This document shows, piece after piece, positions 7,082-14,066 of a stretch of 14,644 nt of DNA; within the stretch, counting starts at the first letter, position 1; every line of letters starts with the position of its first letter. Source of the DNA: a virus. Its lineage: Duplodnaviria; Heunggongvirae; Uroviricota; Caudoviricetes. Location: IMG/VR virus record IMGVR_UViG_2681813318_000007, positions 1-14,644 of that record, one strand, 5' to 3'. The position numbers and the translations under genes were made by a program. Under the pieces are notes generated by a model. That model saw nothing but the letters and a program-made list of their open reading frames with translations. It did not search any database and was not told the origin of the DNA.

Positions 7082-7294
7082 ATGAACGGCAAATCTAGGT
7101 TAGCCTCTTACGTGCCGAAAGGCAAGGAGAAGCAGGCTATGAAGCAGCAAAAGGCGATGTTAATCGTCCTGATCGTCATCTGTTTAACCGTCATAGTGAC
7201 GGCACTGGTAACGAGGAAAGACCTCTGCGAGGTACGAATCCGAACCGGCCAGACGGAGGTCGCTGTCTTCACAGCTTACGAACCTGAGGAGTAA
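7082..7294 (+). CDS. mok: Mok-like reading frame (70 aa) extending hok upstream in the same frame
   Basis: ATG at 7082 in frame with hok; the extension MNGKSRLASYVPKGKEKQA precedes the Hok sequence, as I recall for chromosomal mokC. Confidence 0.45.
   Translation: MNGKSRLASYVPKGKEKQAMKQQKAMLIVLIVICLTVIVTALVTRKDLCEVRIRTGQTEVAVFTAYEPEE
7139..7294 (+). CDS. hok: Hok/Gef-family type I toxin (51 aa membrane peptide)
   Basis: MKQQKAMLIVLIVICLTVIVTALVTRKDLCEVRIRTGQTEVAVFTAYEPEE is near-identical in pattern to HokC/Gef (MKQHKAMIVALIVICITAVVAALVTRKDLCEVHIRTGQTEVAVFTAYESE). Confidence 0.9.
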   Translation: MKQQKAMLIVLIVICLTVIVTALVTRKDLCEVRIRTGQTEVAVFTAYEPEE

Positions 7295-7362
7295 GAGACC
7301 AGGCGGGGGAGAAATCCCTCGCCACCTCTGATGTGTCAGGCATCCTCAATGCACCCGCACTT

Positions 7363-7389
7363 AACCCGCTTCGGCGGGTTTTGTTTTTT
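7363..7389 (+). terminator. Rho-independent terminator of the hok mRNA
   Basis: AACCCGC-TTCG-GCGGGTT stem-loop followed by TTTTGTTTTTT. Confidence 0.8.
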
Positions 7390-7461
7390 CCTGGCATTCT
7401 GGTTTACAATTCGCACGCCAGCCTGAACAACTGGCACCTGCTGCGCCAGCAGAGACAACCG

Positions 7462-7740
7462 ATGGCGCACGATACCAAATTACACAATTCTAATGATTCT
7501 GCTGTCTTTGCCAGCAGGTGCGGACGGCGTTTTCACGCATTCACATCAGACTGGTTCCAGCATCCTCCATGCACTGAAGAGCAGGCTGAATGGATAATTC
7601 AGTGTTACCGCAGGCGTGGATACGAGGTTAAGAAAGCTCTTAGTCTCGACTATCGTCACTGGATAATCTCAGTCAGACTCCCTTACTCCGAACGCCCACC
7701 GCGTCCGTCCCGCACATTCCAGCAACGCATCTGGAGGTAA
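7462..7740 (+). CDS. Hypothetical prophage protein (92 aa)
   Basis: Internal ATG at 7462 downstream of the hok terminator; the track start at 7333 would run through the terminator. Stop is 1 nt before the next gene. Translation MAHDTKLHNSNDSAVFASRCGRRFHAFTSDWFQHPPCTEEQAEW...; weak Shine-Dalgarno. Confidence 0.5.
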   Translation: MAHDTKLHNSNDSAVFASRCGRRFHAFTSDWFQHPPCTEEQAEWIIQCYRRRGYEVKKALSLDYRHWIISVRLPYSERPPRPSRTFQQRIWR

Positions 7741-7741
7741 C

Positions 7742-8791
7742 GTGCGGGTATTACTTCGACCTGTTCTGGTACCGGAACTCGGGCTGGTGATCGTTAAGCC
7801 GGGCCGTGAATCCATGCCGGTATTCCACAATACCCGGGTACTGGTGGAGCCGGAACCGAAAAGCATGCGTAATCTGCCGTCCGGGGTCGTTCCTGCCGTT
7901 CGCCAGCCGCTGGTGGAAGACAAAACATTGCTGCCGTTTTTCAGTAACGCACGGGTGATTCGTGCTGCTGGTGGTGCTGGTGCATTGTCTGACTGGCTGT
8001 TGCGCCATATTAAATCCTGCCAGTGGCCACACGGCGATTATCATCACAGCGAAACCGTCATTCACCGTTATGGTACCGGCGCAATGGTGTTGTGCTGGCA
8101 CTGCGACAACCAGTTGCGTGACCAGACCTCCGAATCACTCGGGCAACTTGCTCATCAAAACCTGTCAGCATGGATGATTGACGTCATCGGTCACGCAATA
8201 AGCGGTACGCAGGAGCGTGAATTATCTCTGGCTGAATTATCCTGGTGGGCGGTCCGCAATCAGCTGGCGGACGCGCTACCGGAAGCGGTATTACGTCGCT
8301 CGCTGGGATTACCAGCGGAAAAAATCTGCTCGGTGTACCGCGAAAGCGACATCGTACCGGGAGAGCAGACCGCCACCAGCATATTGAAACAGCGCACAAA
8401 AAATCTTGCACCGTTGCCTCACGCCCACCAGCAACAAAACCCATCACAGGAAAAGACGGTGGTAAGCATTGCCGTTGATCCTGAGTCTCCGGAATCTTTC
8501 ATGAAACGACCTAAACGTCGCCGCTGGGTTAACGAGAAATACACTCGCTGGGTGAAGACACAGCCGTGTGCGTGTTGTGGTAAGCCAGCCGACGATCCCC
8601 ATCACCTGATTGGTCATGGTCAGGGCGGAATGGGGACAAAATCTCACGATATTTTCACGCTACCGCTGTGTCGGGAGCATCACAACGAGCTTCATGCGGA
8701 TCCGCTGGCGTTCGAAGAAAAGCATGGTTCTCAGGTTGATTTAATTTTTCGTTTTCTTGATCACGCCTTTGCAACTGGCGTGCTTGGGTAA
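7742..8791 (+). CDS. ydfU: DUF968-family prophage protein (YdfU-like, 349 aa) with a C-terminal Cys/His metal-binding motif
   Basis: GTG start with a GGAGG Shine-Dalgarno. N-terminus MRVLLRPVLVPELGLVIVKPGRES and C-terminal CACCGKPADDPHHLIGHG...LCREHHNELH match my recollection of Qin YdfU; it sits immediately upstream of rusA. Confidence 0.75.
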   Translation: MRVLLRPVLVPELGLVIVKPGRESMPVFHNTRVLVEPEPKSMRNLPSGVVPAVRQPLVEDKTLLPFFSNARVIRAAGGAGALSDWLLRHIKSCQWPHGDYHHSETVIHRYGTGAMVLCWHCDNQLRDQTSESLGQLAHQNLSAWMIDVIGHAISGTQERELSLAELSWWAVRNQLADALPEAVLRRSLGLPAEKICSVYRESDIVPGEQTATSILKQRTKNLAPLPHAHQQQNPSQEKTVVSIAVDPESPESFMKRPKRRRWVNEKYTRWVKTQPCACCGKPADDPHHLIGHGQGGMGTKSHDIFTLPLCREHHNELHADPLAFEEKHGSQVDLIFRFLDHAFATGVLG

Positions 8792-8803
8792 AAGAGGTGA
8801 CTG

Positions 8804-9178
8804 ATGCTCATAGATTTGGTTTTACCTTACCCGCCGACGGTGAACACTTACTGGCGACGCCGTGGCAGCACATATTTTATCTCGGAGGAGGGAAAGCGTT
8901 ATCGCCGGGCTGTGGCGCTTATTGTTCGCCAGCAGCGGCTGAAATTAAGCCTGTCCGGAAGGCTGGCGATAAAGGTGATTGCAGAGCCACCGGATAAGCG
9001 TCGTCGCGACCTGGACAATATCCTGAAAGCACCGCTGGATGCGCTGACGCATGCGGGAGTGTTAATGGACGATGAGCAGTTTGATGAAATCAATATCGTT
9101 CGTGGTCAGCCAGTATCTGGTGGACGTCTGGGGGTGAAGATTTACCCCATAATGCATGAAGAGCAGGTCAAAAAATGA
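8804..9178 (+). CDS. rusA: RusA-family Holliday junction resolvase
   Basis: AGAGGTGA Shine-Dalgarno; the motif PPDKRRRDLDNILKAPLDALTHAGVLMDDEQ matches RusA (PDRRRRDLDN...DALT...DD). Typical position upstream of Q. Confidence 0.9.
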   Translation: MLIDLVLPYPPTVNTYWRRRGSTYFISEEGKRYRRAVALIVRQQRLKLSLSGRLAIKVIAEPPDKRRRDLDNILKAPLDALTHAGVLMDDEQFDEINIVRGQPVSGGRLGVKIYPIMHEEQVKK

Positions 9179-9996
9179 AACTGGAAGATTTACCGAAATA
9201 CTACTCCCCAAAATCCCCTTGCCTGACCGATGCATCGGCCTCAACGTCAAAAGATGCGCTGAGTATCACTGATGTGATGGCCGCGCAGGGCATGACACAG
9301 AATCGGGCTGAGATGGGGTTTTCTGCGTTCCTGGGGAAAATGGGCATCAGTATGAATGACAGGGCGCGGGCAACAGAATTACTGGCAGATTATGCACTCA
9401 GTCGGTGCGATCGTGTGGCGGCGTTGAGAAAACTTCCGGCAGAAATAAAACCGGTAGTGATGCGCATTATGGCTTCGTACGCTTTTGAGGATTATGCCCG
9501 CAGCGCAGCGAGTAAAAAGCAGTGCCCCTGTTGCTATGGGGAAAAATTTATTGAAAGCGTAGTTTTTACAAACAAGGTCCAGTATCCGGATGGTAAGCCG
9601 CCGGTATGGGCAAAGTGTACGAAAGGTGTGTATCCGTCTTACTGGGAAGAATGGAAAAAAGTCAGGGAGGTGGTAAAAGTTGCCTGTCCGGAGTGTGGCG
9701 GAAAGGGTGAGGTTTCCACCGCCTGTAAGGATTGCCGTGGGCGTGGTGTCGCCATTCACCGTGAAGAGTCGGTAAAACGTGGTATGCCTGTTATCAGAGA
9801 CTGCCAGCGTTGTGGTGGTCGTGGCTATGAAAGACTACCATCAACGGAGGCATTTAATGCTATATGTGAGGTGACAAACCAGATAACACGCGCGTCATGG
9901 GAAAAAACAGTTAAGAAATTCTATGATGCGCTGGTGACCCGGTTTGATATTGAAGAAGCATGGGCTGAGCGGCAGTTAAAAAAGGTAACTAGGTAA
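9175..9996 (+). CDS. Late-gene antitermination protein Q (QuuQ/YdfT-like, 273 aa, multiple CxxC zinc motifs)
   Basis: ATGA start/stop overlap with rusA. Begins MKLEDLPKYYSPKSP and carries CPCC, CPECGG, CKDCRG and CQRCGG motifs. Followed by a promoter, terminator and tRNAs, as downstream of Q in Stx-type phages. Confidence 0.8.
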   Translation: MKLEDLPKYYSPKSPCLTDASASTSKDALSITDVMAAQGMTQNRAEMGFSAFLGKMGISMNDRARATELLADYALSRCDRVAALRKLPAEIKPVVMRIMASYAFEDYARSAASKKQCPCCYGEKFIESVVFTNKVQYPDGKPPVWAKCTKGVYPSYWEEWKKVREVVKVACPECGGKGEVSTACKDCRGRGVAIHREESVKRGMPVIRDCQRCGGRGYERLPSTEAFNAICEVTNQITRASWEKTVKKFYDALVTRFDIEEAWAERQLKKVTR

Positions 9997-10001
9997 CAAG
10001 G

Positions 10002-10029
10002 TTGATTTTTCCGGAATCTGTGGTAAATT
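10002..10029 (+). promoter_or_regulatory. Candidate late promoter PR' (Q-utilisation region)
   Basis: TTGATT at 10002..10007, 16-bp spacer, TAAATT at 10024..10029, directly downstream of Q. Confidence 0.45.
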
Positions 10030-10077
10030 CGTCATAACGATGGGCTTTTTATGCCTGACGTTAGAAGAGTTTCTACA

Positions 10078-10100
10078 ACCCGCCGCCGAGCGGGTTTTTT
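10078..10100 (+). terminator. Rho-independent terminator (tR'-like) downstream of the late promoter
   Basis: ACCCGC-CGCCGA-GCGGGT stem-loop followed by TTTTTT. Confidence 0.7.
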
Positions 10101-10139
10101 ATTGCGGAATTAATTACGGACCGTTATTATTCTGCTCAC

Positions 10140-10215
10140 GGCCCTTTAGCTCAGTGGTGAGAGCGAGCGACTCATAATCGCCAGGTCGCTGGTTCAAATC
10201 CAGCAAGGGCCACCA
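10140..10215 (+). tRNA. tRNA with CAU anticodon (Ile2/Met type, ileZ-like)
   Basis: 76-nt cloverleaf: acceptor GGCCCTT/AAGGGCC, D-arm GCTCAGTGGTGAGAGC, anticodon loop CTCATAA, T-arm GGTTCAAATCC, encoded CCA. Confidence 0.9.
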
Positions 10216-10315
10216 TCACAAACCGCCATTAGCTTATCAGGAAGAGCAGACGACGCGATAACAGGGTTGTTGGTGCGGGGGCGGGTCCCCGATGGCGGTC
10301 CATTATCGGTATTCA

Positions 10316-10392
10316 GCGTTGTTAGCTCAGCCGGACAGAGCAATTGCCTTCTAAGCAATCGGTCACTGGTTCGAATCCAGTACAGCGCGCCA
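10316..10392 (+). tRNA. tRNA-Arg (UCU anticodon, argO/argN-like)
   Basis: 77-nt cloverleaf: acceptor GCGTTGT/ACAGCGC, D-arm GCTCAGCCGGACAGAGC, anticodon stem-loop ATTGC-CTTCTAA-GCAAT, T-arm GGTTCGAATCC, encoded CCA. Confidence 0.9.
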
Positions 10393-10529
10393 TATTCATT
10401 CTTCCAGATTCCTTCCGGCAGAGCCTTATACTGAAATATACCTGGCTCAGGATCTTGTTGAAAATATTATATGTTTGTCAAAAATAAAAGTTCTGTTAAG
10501 TATTGATTGAGTGTTTGTTATACCGTCTA

Positions 10530-10856
10530 ATGGTTTTTTCAGCATTAAATATTTATCATTCATATGGTGTGGGTAGAGTGAATATTGATGAGGCGTCGGG
10601 GTGTTTCATCCTTAGGCAGCGTATTGATATAGTCAATGCAGCACGAGCAAAGGCCTTCAGCCGTTTGACAGTTTTGTTTTGTACTCCTGATCGTCTTTCG
10701 GGAAGAGACGTTATTATTCTGAATAGTGATGCTATACAGAGGGTTTGCGATGAGTTCATGGTTGCTAATTCAGAATTATTTGCTCTTGTTCAGGAGTACA
10801 ACAGAATAGCCAGGACCTGTGGTATGGATGAACTTCGGATTACTCATCTGGGGTAG
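10530..10856 (+). CDS. Hypothetical protein (108 aa) in the AT-rich insertion downstream of the tRNAs
   Basis: Only sizeable ORF in the AT-rich region after the tRNAs; no convincing Shine-Dalgarno and no recognisable family, so coding status is uncertain. Confidence 0.3.
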   Translation: MVFSALNIYHSYGVGRVNIDEASGCFILRQRIDIVNAARAKAFSRLTVLFCTPDRLSGRDVIILNSDAIQRVCDEFMVANSELFALVQEYNRIARTCGMDELRITHLG

Positions 10857-11330
10857 ATACATATCTGGATTATCACCTGTTACGGTAAAAAGTTATTGCT
10901 TACTGTTTTTGTGAATGGCATTGCAGCAGCCGGATAATGTCAGTGCTGGCTGACGGTGTGCTGGTGGCGGGTGTGGTGGTTATTGCTTTCCCGTTGCTGA
11001 AAAAGAAAACGCCAGACTGTTAGCCGGGTATCAGTTAGCGGGAGAAATTTTTAAATACTTCACAATTCAGGCGGTTGACTGTTGTCTGGTTTGCGGGGAG
11101 TTTGTTAAAAGAAACTGGCATGGTGAATCCCCCTGTGCGGAGGGGCAATCAGCGAGTAGGTATATGGGATAATCGCGGATTCAGGTGCTGGTACTGAATT
11201 CACCGGGAGGCACCCGGCACCATGCACTTCAATAGATTCTCTCCACATTATGGATATTCTTTCAGAATATCCCACGCAGACTTTGTGTAAATGTTAACAA
11301 ATGTGCGTTTTATTTGATCTGATTCGCTGT

Positions 11331-11360
11331 TTGAGCGTCCAAAACAACGGTATATATAAT
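11331..11360 (+). promoter_or_regulatory. Candidate promoter for the first TolA-domain lipoprotein gene
   Basis: TTGAGC at 11331..11336, 18-bp spacer, perfect TATAAT at 11355..11360, followed by a GAGGA Shine-Dalgarno and the ATG at 11390. Confidence 0.5.
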
Positions 11361-11389
11361 CCTTTACTATATGACATATGTGAGGAAAA

Positions 11390-11818
11390 ATGGGTTTTCG
11401 TAGCGCATCAATTCTTACGTTGATTATTAGTGGGATTATTATCGGGTGCACTGATGCTGTATCGACAAATTATCATGACCGTACATCATATTACTCCGAT
11501 AAAGCAATAGAGACACAGTATGTGAGTTCATCTGAACGTACTTCTGATGTTAGTGAGGATATCCGTCTGTATGCCCATCAAATCAAGAGCGCTATCGAAA
11601 AACAGTTCGGGGATGCGAGTAAGTATTCAGGAAAAGAGTGTACACTGAGAATGCATATGGCCCCGAATGGCCTTCTACTGGAGGTTAAAAGAGAAAGTGG
11701 AGACCTCGATTTATGTCGTGAAGCGATGAATGCGATAAAGAATGCTGATATACCTGCCCCCCCTTCGCCGGAAGTATATAAAGTATTTCAAAATGGGGTG
11801 CTGGATTTTAAACCCTGA
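11390..11818 (+). CDS. Lipoprotein with a TolA C-terminal (domain III)-like domain (142 aa)
   Basis: Signal peptide with lipobox IIGC (MGFRSASILTLIISGIIIGC). C-terminal YAHQIKSAIEKQFGDASKYSGKECTLRMHMAPNGLLLEVK...PEVYKVFQNGVLDFKP closely parallels the E. coli TolA C-terminus (YAGQIKSAIESKFYDASSYAGKTCTLRIKLAPDGMLLDIK...YEVFKNAPLDFKP). Confidence 0.85.
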   Translation: MGFRSASILTLIISGIIIGCTDAVSTNYHDRTSYYSDKAIETQYVSSSERTSDVSEDIRLYAHQIKSAIEKQFGDASKYSGKECTLRMHMAPNGLLLEVKRESGDLDLCREAMNAIKNADIPAPPSPEVYKVFQNGVLDFKP

Positions 11819-11968
11819 TATTTATTGTTTTGTAATAAACGGTTTCGGCTTAGGTTTGTTCTGACACAACTACGGCACTGAGCTAAATTTAGCGGATAGT
11901 CAGCTCTGAGCCAGTGGCGGACGTAACAACTACTATTGCTGAGATTTTAATGGATTGAGGAGCAAGAA

Positions 11969-12364
11969 GTGGGATTAAAGAAAATCGTTATGTTGACTTT
12001 TTGGGTCGGTTTTGTTGCGGGATGCACACCTTTACACCCTTCAGATTGCCACAAAACTACTGCTACAGGTAGTTGCAGTTCAGGACGCTGGGATGATCAG
12101 GATGAATGGGGGGCGCAAGCGCGGGGAATCAGAGCTGCAATTAATGCCAAACTTGATGAGCCGCATAACTGGAAAGGGAAAAAATGCAGGTTGCATATGG
12201 AATTCTCTCAGGATGGCACGGCGTTAAAAATATCTACCAGTAACGGTGATAAAGCCTATTGCGAAGCGATAAAGTCCGCAGCTCATAAAGCCAAATTTCC
12301 GGCCTTCAACAATCCGGAAGTCTACAGAGATTTTCAGAAATCTGGCTTTGACATGCGAGGTTAG
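11969..12364 (+). CDS. Second, more divergent lipoprotein with a TolA C-terminal-like domain (131 aa)
   Basis: GTG start with a GAGGAG Shine-Dalgarno; signal peptide with lipobox VAGC. GIRAAINAKL...KGKKCRLHMEFSQDGTALKIS...PEVYRDFQKSGFDMRG aligns with the first copy and with TolA domain III. Confidence 0.8.
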   Translation: MGLKKIVMLTFWVGFVAGCTPLHPSDCHKTTATGSCSSGRWDDQDEWGAQARGIRAAINAKLDEPHNWKGKKCRLHMEFSQDGTALKISTSNGDKAYCEAIKSAAHKAKFPAFNNPEVYRDFQKSGFDMRG

Positions 12365-12489
12365 CTCTTCAATTACTATATCTCATTCATAGCAAACTGA
12401 CAGATTTGATGATGTTCTATATACGAAACCTGTGATGTCAAGTCTGAGCTAATACAAATAAACATAATATCAGAGAAATACATTTTATT

Positions 12490-12511
12490 AGCTCGCTACG
12501 GCGAGCTTTTT
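12490..12511 (+). terminator. Rho-independent terminator after the lipoprotein pair
   Basis: AGCTCGC-TACG-GCGAGCT stem-loop followed by TTTTTAT. Confidence 0.7.
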
Positions 12512-12615
12512 ATATTGCATCGTCTCCAGCATATATATCAATTAAGGCTCTGATTGATGTGTCTGGAAGCCTACACATAATAACTATGCCATCCGTTCCG
12601 TGCGGAGGTGAGGCT

Positions 12616-12831
12616 ATGAAATCCATGGACAAAATTTCAACAGGCATTGCCTACGGCACCTCCGCAGGCAGTGCTGGCTACTGGTTTTTACAGCTGCTCG
12701 ATAAAGTCACGCCCTCACAGTGGGCAGCAATAGGTGTGCTGGGTAGCCTGGTATTTGGCCTGCTGACGTACCTGACAAACCTTTATTTCAAGATTAAAGA
12801 AGACAAGCGTAAGGCTGCACGGGGAGAGTAA
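12616..12831 (+). CDS. Phage-21-type class II holin/pinholin with dual start (MKSM antiholin start at 12616, MDK holin start at 12625)
   Basis: [71 protein letters not shown] matches S21 pinholin; GGAGGTGAGG Shine-Dalgarno. The upstream extension in the ORF track is unlikely to be translated. Confidence 0.9.
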   Translation: MKSMDKISTGIAYGTSAGSAGYWFLQLLDKVTPSQWAAIGVLGSLVFGLLTYLTNLYFKIKEDKRKAARGE

Positions 12832-12835
12832 TTCA

Positions 12836-13180
12836 ATGACTCAAAAATATGAACTGATTGTGAAAGGGATCCGCAATTTTGAGAATAAAGTTACGGTAAC
12901 TTTAGCGTTACGGGACAAAGAACGCTTTGACGGTGAAATTTTTGACCTGGACATCTCGCTGGACCGTGTTGAAGGTGCCGCGCTGGAGTTTTATGAGGCA
13001 GCAGCCAGAAGGAGCATCAGACAGGTCTTCCTGGATGTTGCTGCCGGGTTATGTGAAGGGGATGAGCTGTCGCCGGAAAAGCGCCCCATAATTTTAGAGG
13101 CGCAGAATGTGTGGATAACCTACAAAGGAAAGCTACCGGGAAGAATTACTGGTTCTCTGAAGACTCCGCTGAAATGGTAA
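12836..13180 (+). CDS. YdfR-like (DUF1327-type) small protein inserted between holin and endolysin (114 aa)
   Basis: ATG 5 nt after the holin stop with a GGAGAG Shine-Dalgarno. N-terminus MTQKYELIVKGIRNFENKVTVTLALRDKERFDGEIFDLD matches my recollection of Qin YdfR, which sits between essQ and rrrQ. Confidence 0.65.
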   Translation: MTQKYELIVKGIRNFENKVTVTLALRDKERFDGEIFDLDISLDRVEGAALEFYEAAARRSIRQVFLDVAAGLCEGDELSPEKRPIILEAQNVWITYKGKLPGRITGSLKTPLKW

Positions 13181-13418
13181 TTTCACCAGCATATTTTTCT
13201 TCCAGTAATACCGCCAGCCACTTGAAAGAATTTTGTTGTTGCTGGGACCATTTGGGGTTGAGTGATTCAAGCTGGAGCGATGCCAGTGTTGGTTGCATTT
13301 GTTCCTTGGGAATTGAGAATGCCAGATATGAAAATGCGACAGTAAGGGCATTTACATCATCCCGAAGCTTGGAAATGCAGTCGAGCAACTCCTGTAGAGA
13401 AATGGTGCTATTGTCCAT
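13146..13418 (-). CDS. Hypothetical small helical protein (90 aa), antisense within the lysis cassette
   Basis: ATG at 13418 preceded by a GAGAGGA Shine-Dalgarno and a TTGAAT-N17-19-TACAAT promoter-like sequence on the minus strand. Its 3' end overlaps the YdfR-like gene convergently by 35 nt. The overlapping plus-strand ORF 13111..13443 looks non-coding. Confidence 0.45.
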   Translation of the reverse strand: MDNSTISLQELLDCISKLRDDVNALTVAFSYLAFSIPKEQMQPTLASLQLESLNPKWSQQQQNSFKWLAVLLEEKYAGEITISAESSENQ

Positions 13419-13523
13419 AAACAATCCTCTCTATTGTATTTAACTATTCCTTGCCTGATTCAACAGGCCGGGACAGATAAACATATCCAGGGTTCAGAAA
13501 CCGATAAACCCTGATAAATATCC

Positions 13524-14066
13524 ATGAACGTAAAAATCAGATACGGCCTGTCGGCTGCCGTTCTGGCACTGATTGCCGTCGGTGCGCCTGCGCCTGATAT
13601 TCTCGACCAGTTTCTGAATGAAAAAGAAGGTAACCACACAACGGCATACCGCGATGGTTCCGGCATCTGGACCATCTGTCGGGGTGCCACGGTGGTGGAT
13701 GGAAAACCCGTTTTTCCCGGTATGAAACTGTCGAAGGAAAAATGCGACCAGATTAACGCCATTGAACGGGATAAGGCGCTGGCATGGGTGGAGCGCAATA
13801 TTAAAGTGCCACTGACCGAACCACAGAAAGCGGGTATAGCGTCATTTTGTCCCTATAACATTGGCCCCGGTAAGTGTTTCCCGTCGACGTTTTATAAGCG
13901 GCTGAATGCCGATGATCGTAAGGGGGCATGCGAGGCGATTCGCTGGTGGATAAAAGATGGTGGGCGTGATTGCCGCCTGACAAAAGGGCAGAAGAATGGC
14001 TGTTATGGGCAGGTCGAGCGGCGCGATCAGGAAAGCGCACTGGCGTGCTGGGGGCTGGAGCAATGA
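13524..14066 (+). CDS. SAR endolysin (T4-lysozyme-like muramidase with N-terminal signal-anchor-release domain)
   Basis: N-terminal SAR-like segment YGLSAAVLALIAVGAPAP; catalytic E...D...T spacing in EGNHTTAYRDGSGIWTICRGAT; C-terminal ...ACWGLEQ. Follows the pinholin. Confidence 0.9.
   Translation: MNVKIRYGLSAAVLALIAVGAPAPDILDQFLNEKEGNHTTAYRDGSGIWTICRGATVVDGKPVFPGMKLSKEKCDQINAIERDKALAWVERNIKVPLTEPQKAGIASFCPYNIGPGKCFPSTFYKRLNADDRKGACEAIRWWIKDGGRDCRLTKGQKNGCYGQVERRDQESALACWGLEQ

Noticed and set aside
7333-7461. Upstream extension of the 92-aa ORF to the ATG at 7333
   Set aside because: It would start inside the hok 3' UTR and read through the hok terminator hairpin at 7363..7389; the ATG at 7462 is more plausible.
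7669-8647. ORFs overlapping the DUF968 gene (7669..7923 -, 7751..8101 -, 7962..8177 +, 8184..8447 -, 8245..8478 +, 8444..8647 -)
   Set aside because: Shadow frames within a well-supported gene; none has a Shine-Dalgarno or recognisable motifs.
8797-9759. ORFs 8797..8997 (+), 8899..9093 (-), 9062..9250 (-) and 9379..9759 (-)
   Set aside because: Alternative or antisense frames of rusA and Q, both of which have strong family-level sequence support.
10216-10315. Possible third tRNA between the two tRNA genes
   Set aside because: No acceptor stem or T-arm consensus (GGTTCGAATCC-like) could be found by eye; at most a decayed remnant.
10556-11451. Minus-strand ORFs 10556..10759 and 11248..11451, and a short hydrophobic peptide around 10960..11025
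   Set aside because: AT-rich region where random ORFs are expected; no start signals; 11248..11451 would run through the lipoprotein promoter and start codon.
12012-12227. Alternative-frame ORF 12012..12227 inside the second lipoprotein gene
   Set aside because: Out of frame with a gene that has a signal peptide, lipobox and TolA-like domain; no independent support.
13111-13443. Plus-strand ORF 13111..13443 (110 aa)
   Set aside because: Ser/Cys-rich translation with no Shine-Dalgarno; the overlapping minus-strand ORF has promoter and ribosome-binding signals and a more protein-like sequence.
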